Part shown: positions 7,057 to 16,282 of the stretch, in pieces
Numbering within the stretch: the first letter of the stretch is position 1
Layout: every line of letters starts with the position of its first letter
IMG/VR virus record: IMGVR_UViG_3300043219_000087
Span: 1-51,010 of that record
Length of the DNA stretch: 51,010 bases
From: a virus
Taxonomy: Duplodnaviria; Caudoviricetes
Direction: 5' to 3' (one strand)
Made by a program: the position numbers and the translations under genes
The notes under the pieces: model-generated
Told to the model about the DNA's origin: nothing
Databases searched by the model: none
Seen by the model: only the letters and a program-made list of their open reading frames with translations

Positions 7057-8877
7057 ATGCCAGTTGAACTTTCTGCATCTGATGTGAGCGAACTTGTAAG
7101 GAAGGGACACCAACGAGTAGAACACTACCGCAACGCTGCGGCCCAGTCGGTTAAGGATTATGTTGGCAATTACTACGTCAGACCGAGCGGCATGACTGGT
7201 GAGTATCCCATTAACCTTATTTTTGCCGCACTCAGAACTTGGGTGCCAAACCTTATAATGCAGGCAGGCATGAATAAGGTCTTAACACCGCTGGTTTCTC
7301 AGTCTGACTACGCATTCATGCTGGGTGAGGCACTGAATGAGCTTCATAAAAAAATTAAGATGAAGAACGTAATACGGGCCGGTGTGGTCAATATGATTCT
7401 TTGTGGCCTTGCGGTTTTTAAGACTTCAATTTTTGCAAGTGGAAATCTAATACCAGATGGGCCTAATGAATATATTGATCCCGGCCAGCTTTACACTGAC
7501 CTTATAAGTATTGATGATTTTTTCTTTGATCCTTATTGCGTTGCATTAAATAAATCGACACTAACCGGCCACTTTACCACTGTGAGACGGCAAGATTTAC
7601 TTGATGACGAGGGGTGGGATGAAAAACTGGTTAGGCGACTTCCGAACGCGTGGGATGGCGGTGCCAACGACAACAACAAAGCAAGGTTGTTAACACGCAA
7701 TCCATCTTTAACGCTTGAAATGATTAATGCTCAGGACTATGTTAGAGTTGGTGAGGTTTACTTGCCTGAAGCTAATGCTATAGCATACGTGCCTGATCCT
7801 AAACAAGCAACATACGATAACTTTCTAAAGGTTCAAGACTATTATGGCCCGTCAACTGGCCCTTATACGTTTGGTTCTATAACACCACCAGTACCGGACA
7901 ACCCCTTTCCAGTCGCTCCAGCATCTATATGGCGTGACTTAAATCTGATGGCCAACAGCCTGTTTACTAAACTTATGAATCAGGCTGATAATCAGAAGGA
8001 TGTTCTTCTTTATAAGCCGGGCATGGAAGACGTGGCTGACGCTATTGCTTCTGCGGTTGATGGACAACAGATAAGGACACCTGATCCACAAGGCGTAGAG
8101 GTAAAATCTTATGGCGGCGGCAATCCCAGCAACGACAAGATGACGCAGGAATTGCAGTTTTGGTTTAACTACATGTCTGGCGGTATTGACCAGATGAGTG
8201 GGCTGAAAACTGGTGCGGGGTCAAAGACTGCTACTGCTGTTAAGACGCTGCAAAACAACGCCACTATTACACAAGAAGATGCACGCAGCATGGTTAGTGA
8301 CACACAGGCTGACATAAGCGAAAAGCAAGCTTGGTTTATACACAACGATCCGTTTTTGAATGCACCGCTTACTATTCGCAGCACAGGCAAAAGCCCACAA
8401 CAGGTGGTTCTTACTCCTGAAGAAGTGCGTGGTGATTTTCTGAGCATGACTTTTACAATCGTTAAGCGGTCAATGCAGGGGGTAGACCCTGAACACAGGC
8501 GGCTGGCACTTGAAAAAATGCTTGTAAATATTATTCCCGGCACTGCTAACGCTGCTGTAATGTTTCAGCAAATGGGACAAGGATTCGATGCAGGACTACT
8601 TTTAACTAACGCTGCTGAAGAATTGGGCATAACCGAACTTTTTGCTGGGGTGTTTAATGACCCAGACTTCCAACGAAGATTACAAATGGCGGCACAAGCT
8701 GCTGGTCTTGACCCAGGCAAAGCAGGCAAATCAGGTGGGGCGTCACCTGCTGGGGCGATGCAGAACAATGGTAATCCGCAAGCTGTTCCTGTTAAGAATG
8801 AACAACAGGGTTTTAATCAGCAGGCACAGGCGGGGGCTAATCAGGCACAATCAGAAATTGCTGGAGGATTTGGATAA
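7057..8877 (+). CDS. portal protein
   Basis: 606 aa after terL; TATAV motif and Q/G-rich C-terminus as in P22-like portals; TAAGGAG RBS. Confidence 0.8.
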   Translation: MPVELSASDVSELVRKGHQRVEHYRNAAAQSVKDYVGNYYVRPSGMTGEYPINLIFAALRTWVPNLIMQAGMNKVLTPLVSQSDYAFMLGEALNELHKKIKMKNVIRAGVVNMILCGLAVFKTSIFASGNLIPDGPNEYIDPGQLYTDLISIDDFFFDPYCVALNKSTLTGHFTTVRRQDLLDDEGWDEKLVRRLPNAWDGGANDNNKARLLTRNPSLTLEMINAQDYVRVGEVYLPEANAIAYVPDPKQATYDNFLKVQDYYGPSTGPYTFGSITPPVPDNPFPVAPASIWRDLNLMANSLFTKLMNQADNQKDVLLYKPGMEDVADAIASAVDGQQIRTPDPQGVEVKSYGGGNPSNDKMTQELQFWFNYMSGGIDQMSGLKTGAGSKTATAVKTLQNNATITQEDARSMVSDTQADISEKQAWFIHNDPFLNAPLTIRSTGKSPQQVVLTPEEVRGDFLSMTFTIVKRSMQGVDPEHRRLALEKMLVNIIPGTANAAVMFQQMGQGFDAGLLLTNAAEELGITELFAGVFNDPDFQRRLQMAAQAAGLDPGKAGKSGGASPAGAMQNNGNPQAVPVKNEQQGFNQQAQAGANQAQSEIAGGFG

Positions 8878-8954
8878 TGATTTCAGAATTTTGGATGCCG
8901 TTTGGTCTTTTATTTATAGCTGTATTTATTTGGTATTCTTGGAGTAGGCTATAA
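8877..8954 (+). CDS. 25-aa single-TM peptide MISEFWMPFGLLFIAVFIWYSWSRL
   Basis: GGAGG RBS; TAATG coupling to the portal stop. Confidence 0.5.
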   Translation: MISEFWMPFGLLFIAVFIWYSWSRL

Positions 8955-8991
8955 TGCCAAAGAAAAAGAGAAATTGCTGGAGGATTTTAAT

Positions 8992-9051
8992 ATGTTTGTA
9001 CCCTGGTGGGTAATATTAGCGATAGTAGTAGTTTGGTGTTGTTGGGATTGA
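8992..9051 (+). CDS. 19-aa hydrophobic peptide MFVPWWVILAIVVVWCCWD
   Basis: Preceded by the same 19-bp RBS-containing repeat as the previous peptide gene. Confidence 0.45.
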   Translation: MFVPWWVILAIVVVWCCWD

Positions 9052-9055
9052 GAAA

Positions 9056-9532
9056 ATGCCAAAGAAAAAGAAAAATGGGAAGGTAAAGAAGAAAAAGAAA
9101 AGACCAGAACTGGAAGTTGTGAAGACACAGTGGACCCCACTGATTGATTGGCTGTGGCCTGTGTTTTCTAAATACATTCGCACGCGGGACTGTATCAAAA
9201 CTTCTGGGTCGCCACTGCATGGGCGGTGTTGTACATGCAAGAGACTTTATCCAATTGGCAAACTCCAAGCAGGCCATTTTATGCCAGGTCGATACGACGC
9301 AATCTTGTTTGACGAAGAACAGGTTCACGCTCAGTGCTATCGCTGTAACTGTTTGCTTCAGGGTATGTGGCATAAATATTATCAGTTCATGCTGGATAAC
9401 GGACACACACACGATAGCATCCAAGAAATGATTGCACACTGCAACGATCCTGTGGAGTTTTCGAGAGAGTGGTTTGAGCAAACTTATGAATACTACATAA
9501 CTGAAACTGAGAAAATGTTGGAGGAATTTTGA
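9056..9532 (+). CDS. ninG: NinG/Rap-like endonuclease
   Basis: FSKYIRTRD..CCTC..QAGHF..R..FDEEQVHAQCYRCN. Confidence 0.85.
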   Translation: MPKKKKNGKVKKKKKRPELEVVKTQWTPLIDWLWPVFSKYIRTRDCIKTSGSPLHGRCCTCKRLYPIGKLQAGHFMPGRYDAILFDEEQVHAQCYRCNCLLQGMWHKYYQFMLDNGHTHDSIQEMIAHCNDPVEFSREWFEQTYEYYITETEKMLEEF

Positions 9533-10038
9533 TGTTGATTGAATATTATGAATGTGATTGTAGTTATAAAGTAACAAGAGACGATATTGATACTGAGAAG
9601 ATTGTATTGGCAAGTCACATGGTTAACGAAGTGATAGAGGTAATTTGCTATGAATGTGGTGGGCCGTACGGAAAAAGGGTTCAGACTAAAAGGTATATAT
9701 GTCCAAACCCGAAGTGTGGAAAAGATTTGGTACTTAAAGAAGAATCTATTGGCGATGATGTAATTTGTGTGAATAAAATTGGTAATGTACTACAAGTTAT
9801 GGGTACACCCTACACGACACCAATACACTCAGACGCACTTGCACTAACACCTGAGAACGTGGCTGAACACAAGGAAAAGTTTCCTGATATTGAGATAGAC
9901 AGTGAACTTAGACCAGTATTCACAAACGCAAAACAGCACGAAGATTATATGAACAAATGTGGAATTAGAAAACAAACACAAAGAACTGGCCGGAGCAAGA
10001 GTAAAATTTATTCTTATCCTGGTAGTAAATGTTCTTAA
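9529..10038 (+). CDS. zinc-ribbon protein
   Basis: YECDC, CYEC and CPNPKC motifs. Confidence 0.7.
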   Translation: MMLIEYYECDCSYKVTRDDIDTEKIVLASHMVNEVIEVICYECGGPYGKRVQTKRYICPNPKCGKDLVLKEESIGDDVICVNKIGNVLQVMGTPYTTPIHSDALALTPENVAEHKEKFPDIEIDSELRPVFTNAKQHEDYMNKCGIRKQTQRTGRSKSKIYSYPGSKCS

Positions 10039-10055
10039 TTTTTGGAGATTGAGAA

Positions 10056-10346
10056 ATGACGCTTAAAGAGCTTTTAGAGTTGGGAGTAAAAGAAGGCATT
10101 ATTGTAGAAGAAAAACCAGACTTAATTGAAGGCTTTAAGGCTGATGCAGTTCCTGATAACACAGTGCTTAGGAATTTTACAGCAAAGATTGAGTTTTGTT
10201 TTTCAGAAGATGAGTTGGCAAATACATCTATGACTGAACTTGAGGCAGAAAAGTTTTTAATGAGTCGCATGTCAGAAGCGGGTGGAAGTGTTGGATGTAT
10301 TATTGTCTGGGGGTCAGAAGGAGCGATAAAGTTAACTAATCCTTAA
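10056..10346 (+). CDS. hypothetical protein
   Basis: GGAG RBS. Confidence 0.7.
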   Translation: MTLKELLELGVKEGIIVEEKPDLIEGFKADAVPDNTVLRNFTAKIEFCFSEDELANTSMTELEAEKFLMSRMSEAGGSVGCIIVWGSEGAIKLTNP

Positions 10347-10398
10347 AAGCAACTGTCAGCACGACTGCTGGCTCTTACCCTTTATATAGGAATCTAAT

Positions 10399-11577
10399 AT
10401 GAGTGAAAAAGGTGCACAAACTGGCGAAATCATGGACACAGACGATGCAAAGCAATACAATAGTCCAGAGGTTTTAGCCGCAACAACAGAAAGGTTGAAG
10501 AAGCTTGGTGGCAACCCGCCGCCAGTAGTAACGGCTGTGCCTGAAGTCATTAAGGAAGTTGATGGCAGTGATGTCACTCCTACCCCTGAAGATGACAATC
10601 AGGATGACAGCAACCTTGAAGTTGACAACAACACGGATGGTGATGAGGATGACGACGTTAAGGACGGCGATGACATTAAGGATGGTGGAGAAGAAGCAGT
10701 AACAATACCCGATAAGTTGTATAGAGCCGCTATCCACAATGAGTGGACGCCTGAACAGATTGTTGACCTTTGGAAACGCGAACCAGAGTTAGCCAAAAAG
10801 ACTTTGGAAAAGATGCACACGGATATGGTCAACACTAATAACGTCTACGCGGAACATGGGCGTGCAGCTAAACAACTTGAAGCACAGCGGACTGAAGCTT
10901 TACGGCAAGTTCCTGTGGTGCCAGACCCTCCAAAGGACTTTGTTGACATTAAACAGGCCGAGGAAGAATTTGGTGCGGGTGCTGCTGCTATAATCAAACA
11001 GCTTAATGACGCTTTGGTCAATGTGACGACACAACAACAGACACAACAACAGACACAGCAACAGCAGACGCAAGCACCCAGTGTGGTGCAGCAACCTGCC
11101 CCAGCCGCAAAGACTGAACAAAATTTAGCTGTAGTTCAACAGATGGGCCATTGGTTTGCTGATCCTGGTCTCAAACCTTACGAAGAATTTTATGGTGAGG
11201 CAACGGATTCAAATGGACTTATGCTTTTGACCAGAGATCATTTGACTCCTGTACAAAGGCAGAATAGAGAAGACCTGGTCAATTTGGCAGAGGATATTGA
11301 AGCGGGCGTGTTAATTCGTGCAGGCACTATAAGTGTAGCTGACGCGTTGACGGCTGCTCATGTTAATCTGACAAAGGATATGCAAACTGAAATCGTTCGC
11401 AAGGGAATTATGAAAAAGGCGAAGAAACGGGCAGATGGAGTGACGCTGCGGCCTGCTGGTAGTACAATTAAACCTAAAGAAGAACTCAAACCTGGAGAAA
11501 AAATATCAGAGAAGCAGGTTACTGTGAACGCAACCAGGCGGCTTGCACAGTTAGCTGCTGGCAAGCAAATGACATAA
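10399..11577 (+). CDS. probable capsid scaffolding protein
   Basis: Acidic low-complexity N-terminus, helical body and basic C-terminus; directly upstream of the major capsid gene; QQQT tandem repeat at about 11028-11073. Confidence 0.7.
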   Translation: MSEKGAQTGEIMDTDDAKQYNSPEVLAATTERLKKLGGNPPPVVTAVPEVIKEVDGSDVTPTPEDDNQDDSNLEVDNNTDGDEDDDVKDGDDIKDGGEEAVTIPDKLYRAAIHNEWTPEQIVDLWKREPELAKKTLEKMHTDMVNTNNVYAEHGRAAKQLEAQRTEALRQVPVVPDPPKDFVDIKQAEEEFGAGAAAIIKQLNDALVNVTTQQQTQQQTQQQQTQAPSVVQQPAPAAKTEQNLAVVQQMGHWFADPGLKPYEEFYGEATDSNGLMLLTRDHLTPVQRQNREDLVNLAEDIEAGVLIRAGTISVADALTAAHVNLTKDMQTEIVRKGIMKKAKKRADGVTLRPAGSTIKPKEELKPGEKISEKQVTVNATRRLAQLAAGKQMT

Positions 11578-11606
11578 CACAGGCTTCTCGGAAAGAAGGT
11601 TGAACA

Positions 11607-12713
11607 ATGAGCACTGGCGTAAAAATGAGTGAGTTAGGCGATTTTATTTCTTTGACTCTTAATGATTTGCCGGATAACCACTTTGAGGTTAACTGGACTA
11701 ATCAGGACTATGAGTTCACCCGTATTTATCAGAGTGATCGAATGGTCGTTGATGGTGGAAATGAGATCGAGAGAAAGATTATGTTTGACAATAGTGGGCA
11801 CGCTCGGTATCGTTACAATTACGACACTGATGAGCCTTCAGTTGAAGATTTGATGTCTACTATTAAGGTTCCCTGGGTTCGCTTAGGAACCTATTATGGT
11901 TGGGACGACCTTGAGTTGCGGCGAAATTTGAATAACGCTGTGCGGATAGTGGATATAATGAAGGAGCGGCGGGTTGATGGTAGTTGGGCATTGGCTGACT
12001 TGATTGAAAGCCGGTCTTGGTTGACACCCACGAACGCAAGTGATACGCTTTATCCTTATGGCGTTCCCTATTACCTCAATCACATGACTTCCGGCTTAAG
12101 TGCCGATGGTTTTGTTGGCCAGACTATTACCTACCAGGATGGCTCAACTGGCACTGTTTGTGCCAATATTGACGCTTCGACTGCTGAGAAGTGGCGTAAC
12201 TACGTTGCGTTGTATAGTTCAATCAACAATGCTTTCCTCAAGAAGATAAGGATTGCAATGTGGAGTACAAAGTTTAAACCTCCGGTTATTCTTAACGATC
12301 CTTCACAAGCAGAGCGTACAGCACAGAAGCGTTTCTATAGTGATATAGAAACTGTTGCTGAAATGATGGATTTCGCTGATGCTAAGGATGACAACCATAG
12401 TGGCAAAGAAGTGCTTGGTGGTTTGATCGTGGACGACACTGGCCTTGTTTTGCTGAACCGGATGCCTGTTGTGCCTATCGCAAACTTAGCAGGTGTGACT
12501 GATCCTGAATCTGGTATTGCTACTGCACCAATTTATTGCGTTGACTTTAGTTACTTCGTGCCGTTTGTTCACGATGGTTATTGGATGATTGAGTCTGAGC
12601 CGATGACTGACCGGACTCAGCATACCTCTTATACTGTCTTTCTTGATGGTGCTCATAACAATGTTTGCACTAACAGAAAGAAAGCCGGATTTGTAATGCA
12701 CAAATCTCATTAA
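11607..12713 (+). CDS. major capsid protein (HK97 fold expected)
   Basis: 368 aa after the scaffold gene; followed by a strong hairpin. Confidence 0.8.
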   Translation: MSTGVKMSELGDFISLTLNDLPDNHFEVNWTNQDYEFTRIYQSDRMVVDGGNEIERKIMFDNSGHARYRYNYDTDEPSVEDLMSTIKVPWVRLGTYYGWDDLELRRNLNNAVRIVDIMKERRVDGSWALADLIESRSWLTPTNASDTLYPYGVPYYLNHMTSGLSADGFVGQTITYQDGSTGTVCANIDASTAEKWRNYVALYSSINNAFLKKIRIAMWSTKFKPPVILNDPSQAERTAQKRFYSDIETVAEMMDFADAKDDNHSGKEVLGGLIVDDTGLVLLNRMPVVPIANLAGVTDPESGIATAPIYCVDFSYFVPFVHDGYWMIESEPMTDRTQHTSYTVFLDGAHNNVCTNRKKAGFVMHKSH

Positions 12714-12732
12714 TTTGTAACCAATTTTAACT

Positions 12733-12777
12733 GTGGTGGGGGGACCGAAACCTCCACCACTTGCGGCGTGATCGCAA
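12733..12777 (+). terminator. GC-rich hairpin GTGGTGGGGG/CCTCCACCAC plus a second small hairpin
   Basis: Inverted repeat after the capsid gene; no long U-tract, so it may be a stabiliser or partial terminator. Confidence 0.55.
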
Positions 12778-12798
12778 TCATGCCAAAGGAGAAACAGA

Positions 12799-13635
12799 AT
12801 GAGTGTACAAGAATATGGTCGTGCTGGTAATGCTGCCCAACCGAGTCCTAATATTTGGAAAGACTTTCCTATGGGTGCGGTTAATAAGAGTCCTGGGTGT
12901 TTCGTTCATATCTGGGAAGATTTTCTTGGTAATTTCACTGATAATGATGTGCAGAATGTAGGAAGCAATCAGTTGCTGGTGGCTGGGACGAGTCCTGACA
13001 CAGCTAATGTTGCTGATGAGGCAAATGGTGTTATTAATCTGAGTGGAAGTGGTGGTGGTAATGATGAGGTTATCATCGGTGCCAACCTTCTGCAAGATGA
13101 GCTTATTAAGTTAAACAGCGGATTACGATGCTGGTTTGAAACGCGACTCAAGATGGATGACACTTCTGCCGATGTTTCGATTCTTGTTGGTCTTGGTGCC
13201 ATTGAACTTCTGGCTGCTGATTTCATTGACAATGAAGGTGCTACCAGAAATAACATAGCTGATTATGATTTTATTGGTTTCCACACTGATAACGATGGAA
13301 CTAATCAAGGTGCTATGGAGACAGCCTATCATCAAACTGGTGACGGCGGCGGGCTTACTGCTATTCAAGCTGCGATTCGCACGTTTGGTGCCGGTACTAC
13401 TTATGATGACGTTTACATGAAACTCGGTTTTAGGTTTGACGGCAAGAAGACTGTCACGTTTTACCTTGATGGTGCACAGCTTGGAACCAAACTTGATATT
13501 GATGATCTTACTGGTAACAAATTTGACGCCCCGCTCACCATTCTTGCGGGTCTCAAGGACTTTGCTGGTGGTAATGACGATCTCAAGGTTGACTGGATTC
13601 GTTACGGTGCGGAAAAGTTTGCAAGTGGTATTTAA
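12799..13635 (+). CDS. virion protein, ConA/LamG-like beta-sandwich (paralog of 15229-16236)
   Basis: Shared motifs PSPxIW, EDF, WFExR, GFH, KLG..DG, DW.R. Confidence 0.7.
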   Translation: MSVQEYGRAGNAAQPSPNIWKDFPMGAVNKSPGCFVHIWEDFLGNFTDNDVQNVGSNQLLVAGTSPDTANVADEANGVINLSGSGGGNDEVIIGANLLQDELIKLNSGLRCWFETRLKMDDTSADVSILVGLGAIELLAADFIDNEGATRNNIADYDFIGFHTDNDGTNQGAMETAYHQTGDGGGLTAIQAAIRTFGAGTTYDDVYMKLGFRFDGKKTVTFYLDGAQLGTKLDIDDLTGNKFDAPLTILAGLKDFAGGNDDLKVDWIRYGAEKFASGI

Positions 13636-13642
13636 GAACAAT

Positions 13643-13671
13643 AGGGGTGGGGGATGTCTCCACCCCATTTT
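13643..13671 (+). terminator. probable intrinsic terminator
   Basis: GGGGTGGGG-gatgt-CTCCACCCC followed by ATTTT. Confidence 0.65.
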
Positions 13672-13688
13672 AATTCTGGAGAACAATG

Positions 13689-13868
13689 ATGGCAGATGAA
13701 AGAAGTCACTGTGAGGAAAAGAAAGTCCTCATTAGTTTTGAATCTGGACACTACAAGACAGTAAAAGGCAAATGGACAGGTGACTCTGTTTGGACGCATT
13801 TTGTAAAACCTGATGGTAAATTGGTGCATGTTAACAAAGATAAAGTTGAGTACTACGAAGACCTGTAA
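13689..13868 (+). CDS. hypothetical protein
   Basis: GGAG RBS; fills the gap between virion genes. Confidence 0.6.
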   Translation: MADERSHCEEKKVLISFESGHYKTVKGKWTGDSVWTHFVKPDGKLVHVNKDKVEYYEDL

Positions 13869-13879
13869 AGGGGAAAATT

Positions 13880-15181
13880 ATGGCCGAACCTACTTCAGCC
13901 TACAGTGTTTACGGTTTGATATTGCTGGTTGCTAAGGCTGCTAAGATTGCATATTTTGGCAGTGACGCCCAGCAGGAAGCTATGGTGCCAGTGAACTACC
14001 ACGATTTTGATCGCTGTCTACGGGTGGTCAATAATGGTATTAAACAATTCATAAGTGACGCACCGGCTGATGGTTGGAAGTGGCAAGAGCAATTAGCCAG
14101 GATAACATTTGGCATTGTAGAAACCACAGGCACTGTTGATTCAGGTGACGCTACATCGCTGGTTGATGATGCACTTGAATCCACATACGACACTGATGAT
14201 GAGTTGATTGGTTACTATGTTTATGACACGACTAAAGAGATTCAAGCAGTAATCACAGCTTATACAGCTTCTGGCGGTGACATCACCGTTGGAGCTTGGC
14301 TGGATTATTTTGGTAATACAGTATCAGCAACAACAGTTCCTGCTGCTGGTGACTCTTATTCGATTACAGACGTAAAAACAGTTGAAGGCGACAAGTCAAG
14401 GTACTTCCTGCCGGATAACTTTGGCGAGATAGCTGGAGAAATTGAATACCAAAGGCAGTCAAACGTCGGTCATATATCGTGGATAAGTGAAACTGAAATC
14501 AGACAATCCTATGCTGTTAGCACTTCTCTTGGAAATCCTATTGTAGCTGCTATTAGGTCTTTTCGTAGAAGGTTGTGGGAGCTTATAACATATCCATCAC
14601 CCTCTGCTGTAAAGACTGTGGAGTTTCCTTACCGCATAGGTTTTGATGGGCTTAAAGCTTTGTCTGGTACGGCATCAGGTGGTTCTGGTGTCACACTTGT
14701 AGATAGCAGTTTTGCCAATGTTTATCCTGATGACTATTTCAACGGACAGTTTATAAACACACTTGACGGAACTGGCAAGAATGGTTATGCAGTAGTGACA
14801 GACTTTGCTGGTGCTACATGCACGTTTACTGTGGATGACTGGCTTTCAAGTTCAGATGAGTCCACAGCCGCAGCTACTGATCCCACAGATGGCACAAGCT
14901 ATTTTGTCACTGATAGGATAAAACACCCTGCTGGTCAGATGTTTGACGTTGCAATTAAGTCGGCTATCATGTCTGAAGCGGCAGAAGAATTTGGGCCGCT
15001 GCAATATAATGCAGTGGGAAAATATTTAGAAGTTGATCTCCCGCGTGCACACGCTATGGACGCACGTATGCGGCCAAGAAAGACTGGCGTTATGAAGTCT
15101 GGCAGTCCACGCGGCAGGTTTTACAGGGGTGCACATCAGCCACGCCAACATCGTAGTTGGACTGATGTTACCTACAATTAA
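13880..15181 (+). CDS. probable head-tail adaptor with two inserted beta-rich repeats
   Basis: Helical N- and C-termini; LP.NFG and YPSP motifs; position in the virion operon. Confidence 0.55.
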   Translation: MAEPTSAYSVYGLILLVAKAAKIAYFGSDAQQEAMVPVNYHDFDRCLRVVNNGIKQFISDAPADGWKWQEQLARITFGIVETTGTVDSGDATSLVDDALESTYDTDDELIGYYVYDTTKEIQAVITAYTASGGDITVGAWLDYFGNTVSATTVPAAGDSYSITDVKTVEGDKSRYFLPDNFGEIAGEIEYQRQSNVGHISWISETEIRQSYAVSTSLGNPIVAAIRSFRRRLWELITYPSPSAVKTVEFPYRIGFDGLKALSGTASGGSGVTLVDSSFANVYPDDYFNGQFINTLDGTGKNGYAVVTDFAGATCTFTVDDWLSSSDESTAAATDPTDGTSYFVTDRIKHPAGQMFDVAIKSAIMSEAAEEFGPLQYNAVGKYLEVDLPRAHAMDARMRPRKTGVMKSGSPRGRFYRGAHQPRQHRSWTDVTYN

Positions 15182-15228
15182 ATTTTCTTTATACTACGCC
15201 GGTTCTCCGGCGGGAAAGGGAAGAAAAG

Positions 15229-16236
15229 ATGCGATTTAGATGGAGTGATATTAGGGACGCAGTGTTTCCGACGTCTGGAAGCACAAGAACCATTATCAAT
15301 AGTGGTAGTGGGAAACTCAAAGTTTATGGCACAGTGGTTCCGGCCAATGGAATTGCTGGATTTGCCAAAGGTTGTAAGTTTATTGATACAGCCTATGGTA
15401 GTGATTACGTCAACAAAGGATCGAACACAAGTTGTGAGTTCCACGAATTAGCGGCTGTTCCAAACTATGCTGAGACTGCTGCTGATCGCGGTCCAAGTCC
15501 TTTGATTTGGGATAGCTGTCCAATACTGGAGTACACATTTAATCCAGTAAAGGGTTCGCATTACTTTGAGGACTTTAAGGGTGACATTCTTAGTGTGACT
15601 AACAGCACAATGAAGAACAGTCATCTGGGCTTTTTCAATTCTAATGGTCCTACTCACCAGATTACGAATGATGACGTACACGGTGTGCTTCGGATCGAAG
15701 GCAACGACGCTGACAATGATGAGTCCTACATGAGTTATGGTGGTGAAGGCGGTGTAATGGCACCGACAGCAGGCAAAAAGTTTTGGTTTGAAGCTCGTGT
15801 GAGGCGGGACACTGTAACTGATAATGAACTTGCAATGTTCATTGGTCTTGCGGAAGAAGGTCTTTGTGCAACAAATTCACTTGATATTAACACCGGCGAC
15901 CTTCTTGTCGCTAAAGACTGGCTCGGTTTTCATGTTGATCACGGCAATGGTAACGCCATTGACTTTGTTCACGGTGACGGTTCTGGTGAAGCTGTTGTAG
16001 CAGGGGCTGATGTTTGTACGCCAACTGCGGGAGCATTCAACAAACTTGGCTTGTACTGTGATGGTGTAACGGTATTCGCATATTGTGATGGTGTGTTGGT
16101 AGACTCCATATTGTTGTCGGCTTCTGATATGCCCCTCAATGAAGAACTCGGCTTGTATCTCCTGTTTAGGAATGGCGGCACTTCCACCGAGTTCAAAGGT
16201 TCTATCGACTGGTGGAGAATTGCAGTAGAATATTAA
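15229..16236 (+). CDS. virion protein: short N-terminal module plus ConA-like domain
   Basis: C-terminal domain resembles 12799-13635; N-terminal module resembles 16283-17224. Confidence 0.7.
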   Translation: MRFRWSDIRDAVFPTSGSTRTIINSGSGKLKVYGTVVPANGIAGFAKGCKFIDTAYGSDYVNKGSNTSCEFHELAAVPNYAETAADRGPSPLIWDSCPILEYTFNPVKGSHYFEDFKGDILSVTNSTMKNSHLGFFNSNGPTHQITNDDVHGVLRIEGNDADNDESYMSYGGEGGVMAPTAGKKFWFEARVRRDTVTDNELAMFIGLAEEGLCATNSLDINTGDLLVAKDWLGFHVDHGNGNAIDFVHGDGSGEAVVAGADVCTPTAGAFNKLGLYCDGVTVFAYCDGVLVDSILLSASDMPLNEELGLYLLFRNGGTSTEFKGSIDWWRIAVEY

Positions 16237-16282
16237 AATTAACGCGGCTCTATCTCGCCGCTAAAACAAAGGAGAGAAACGA

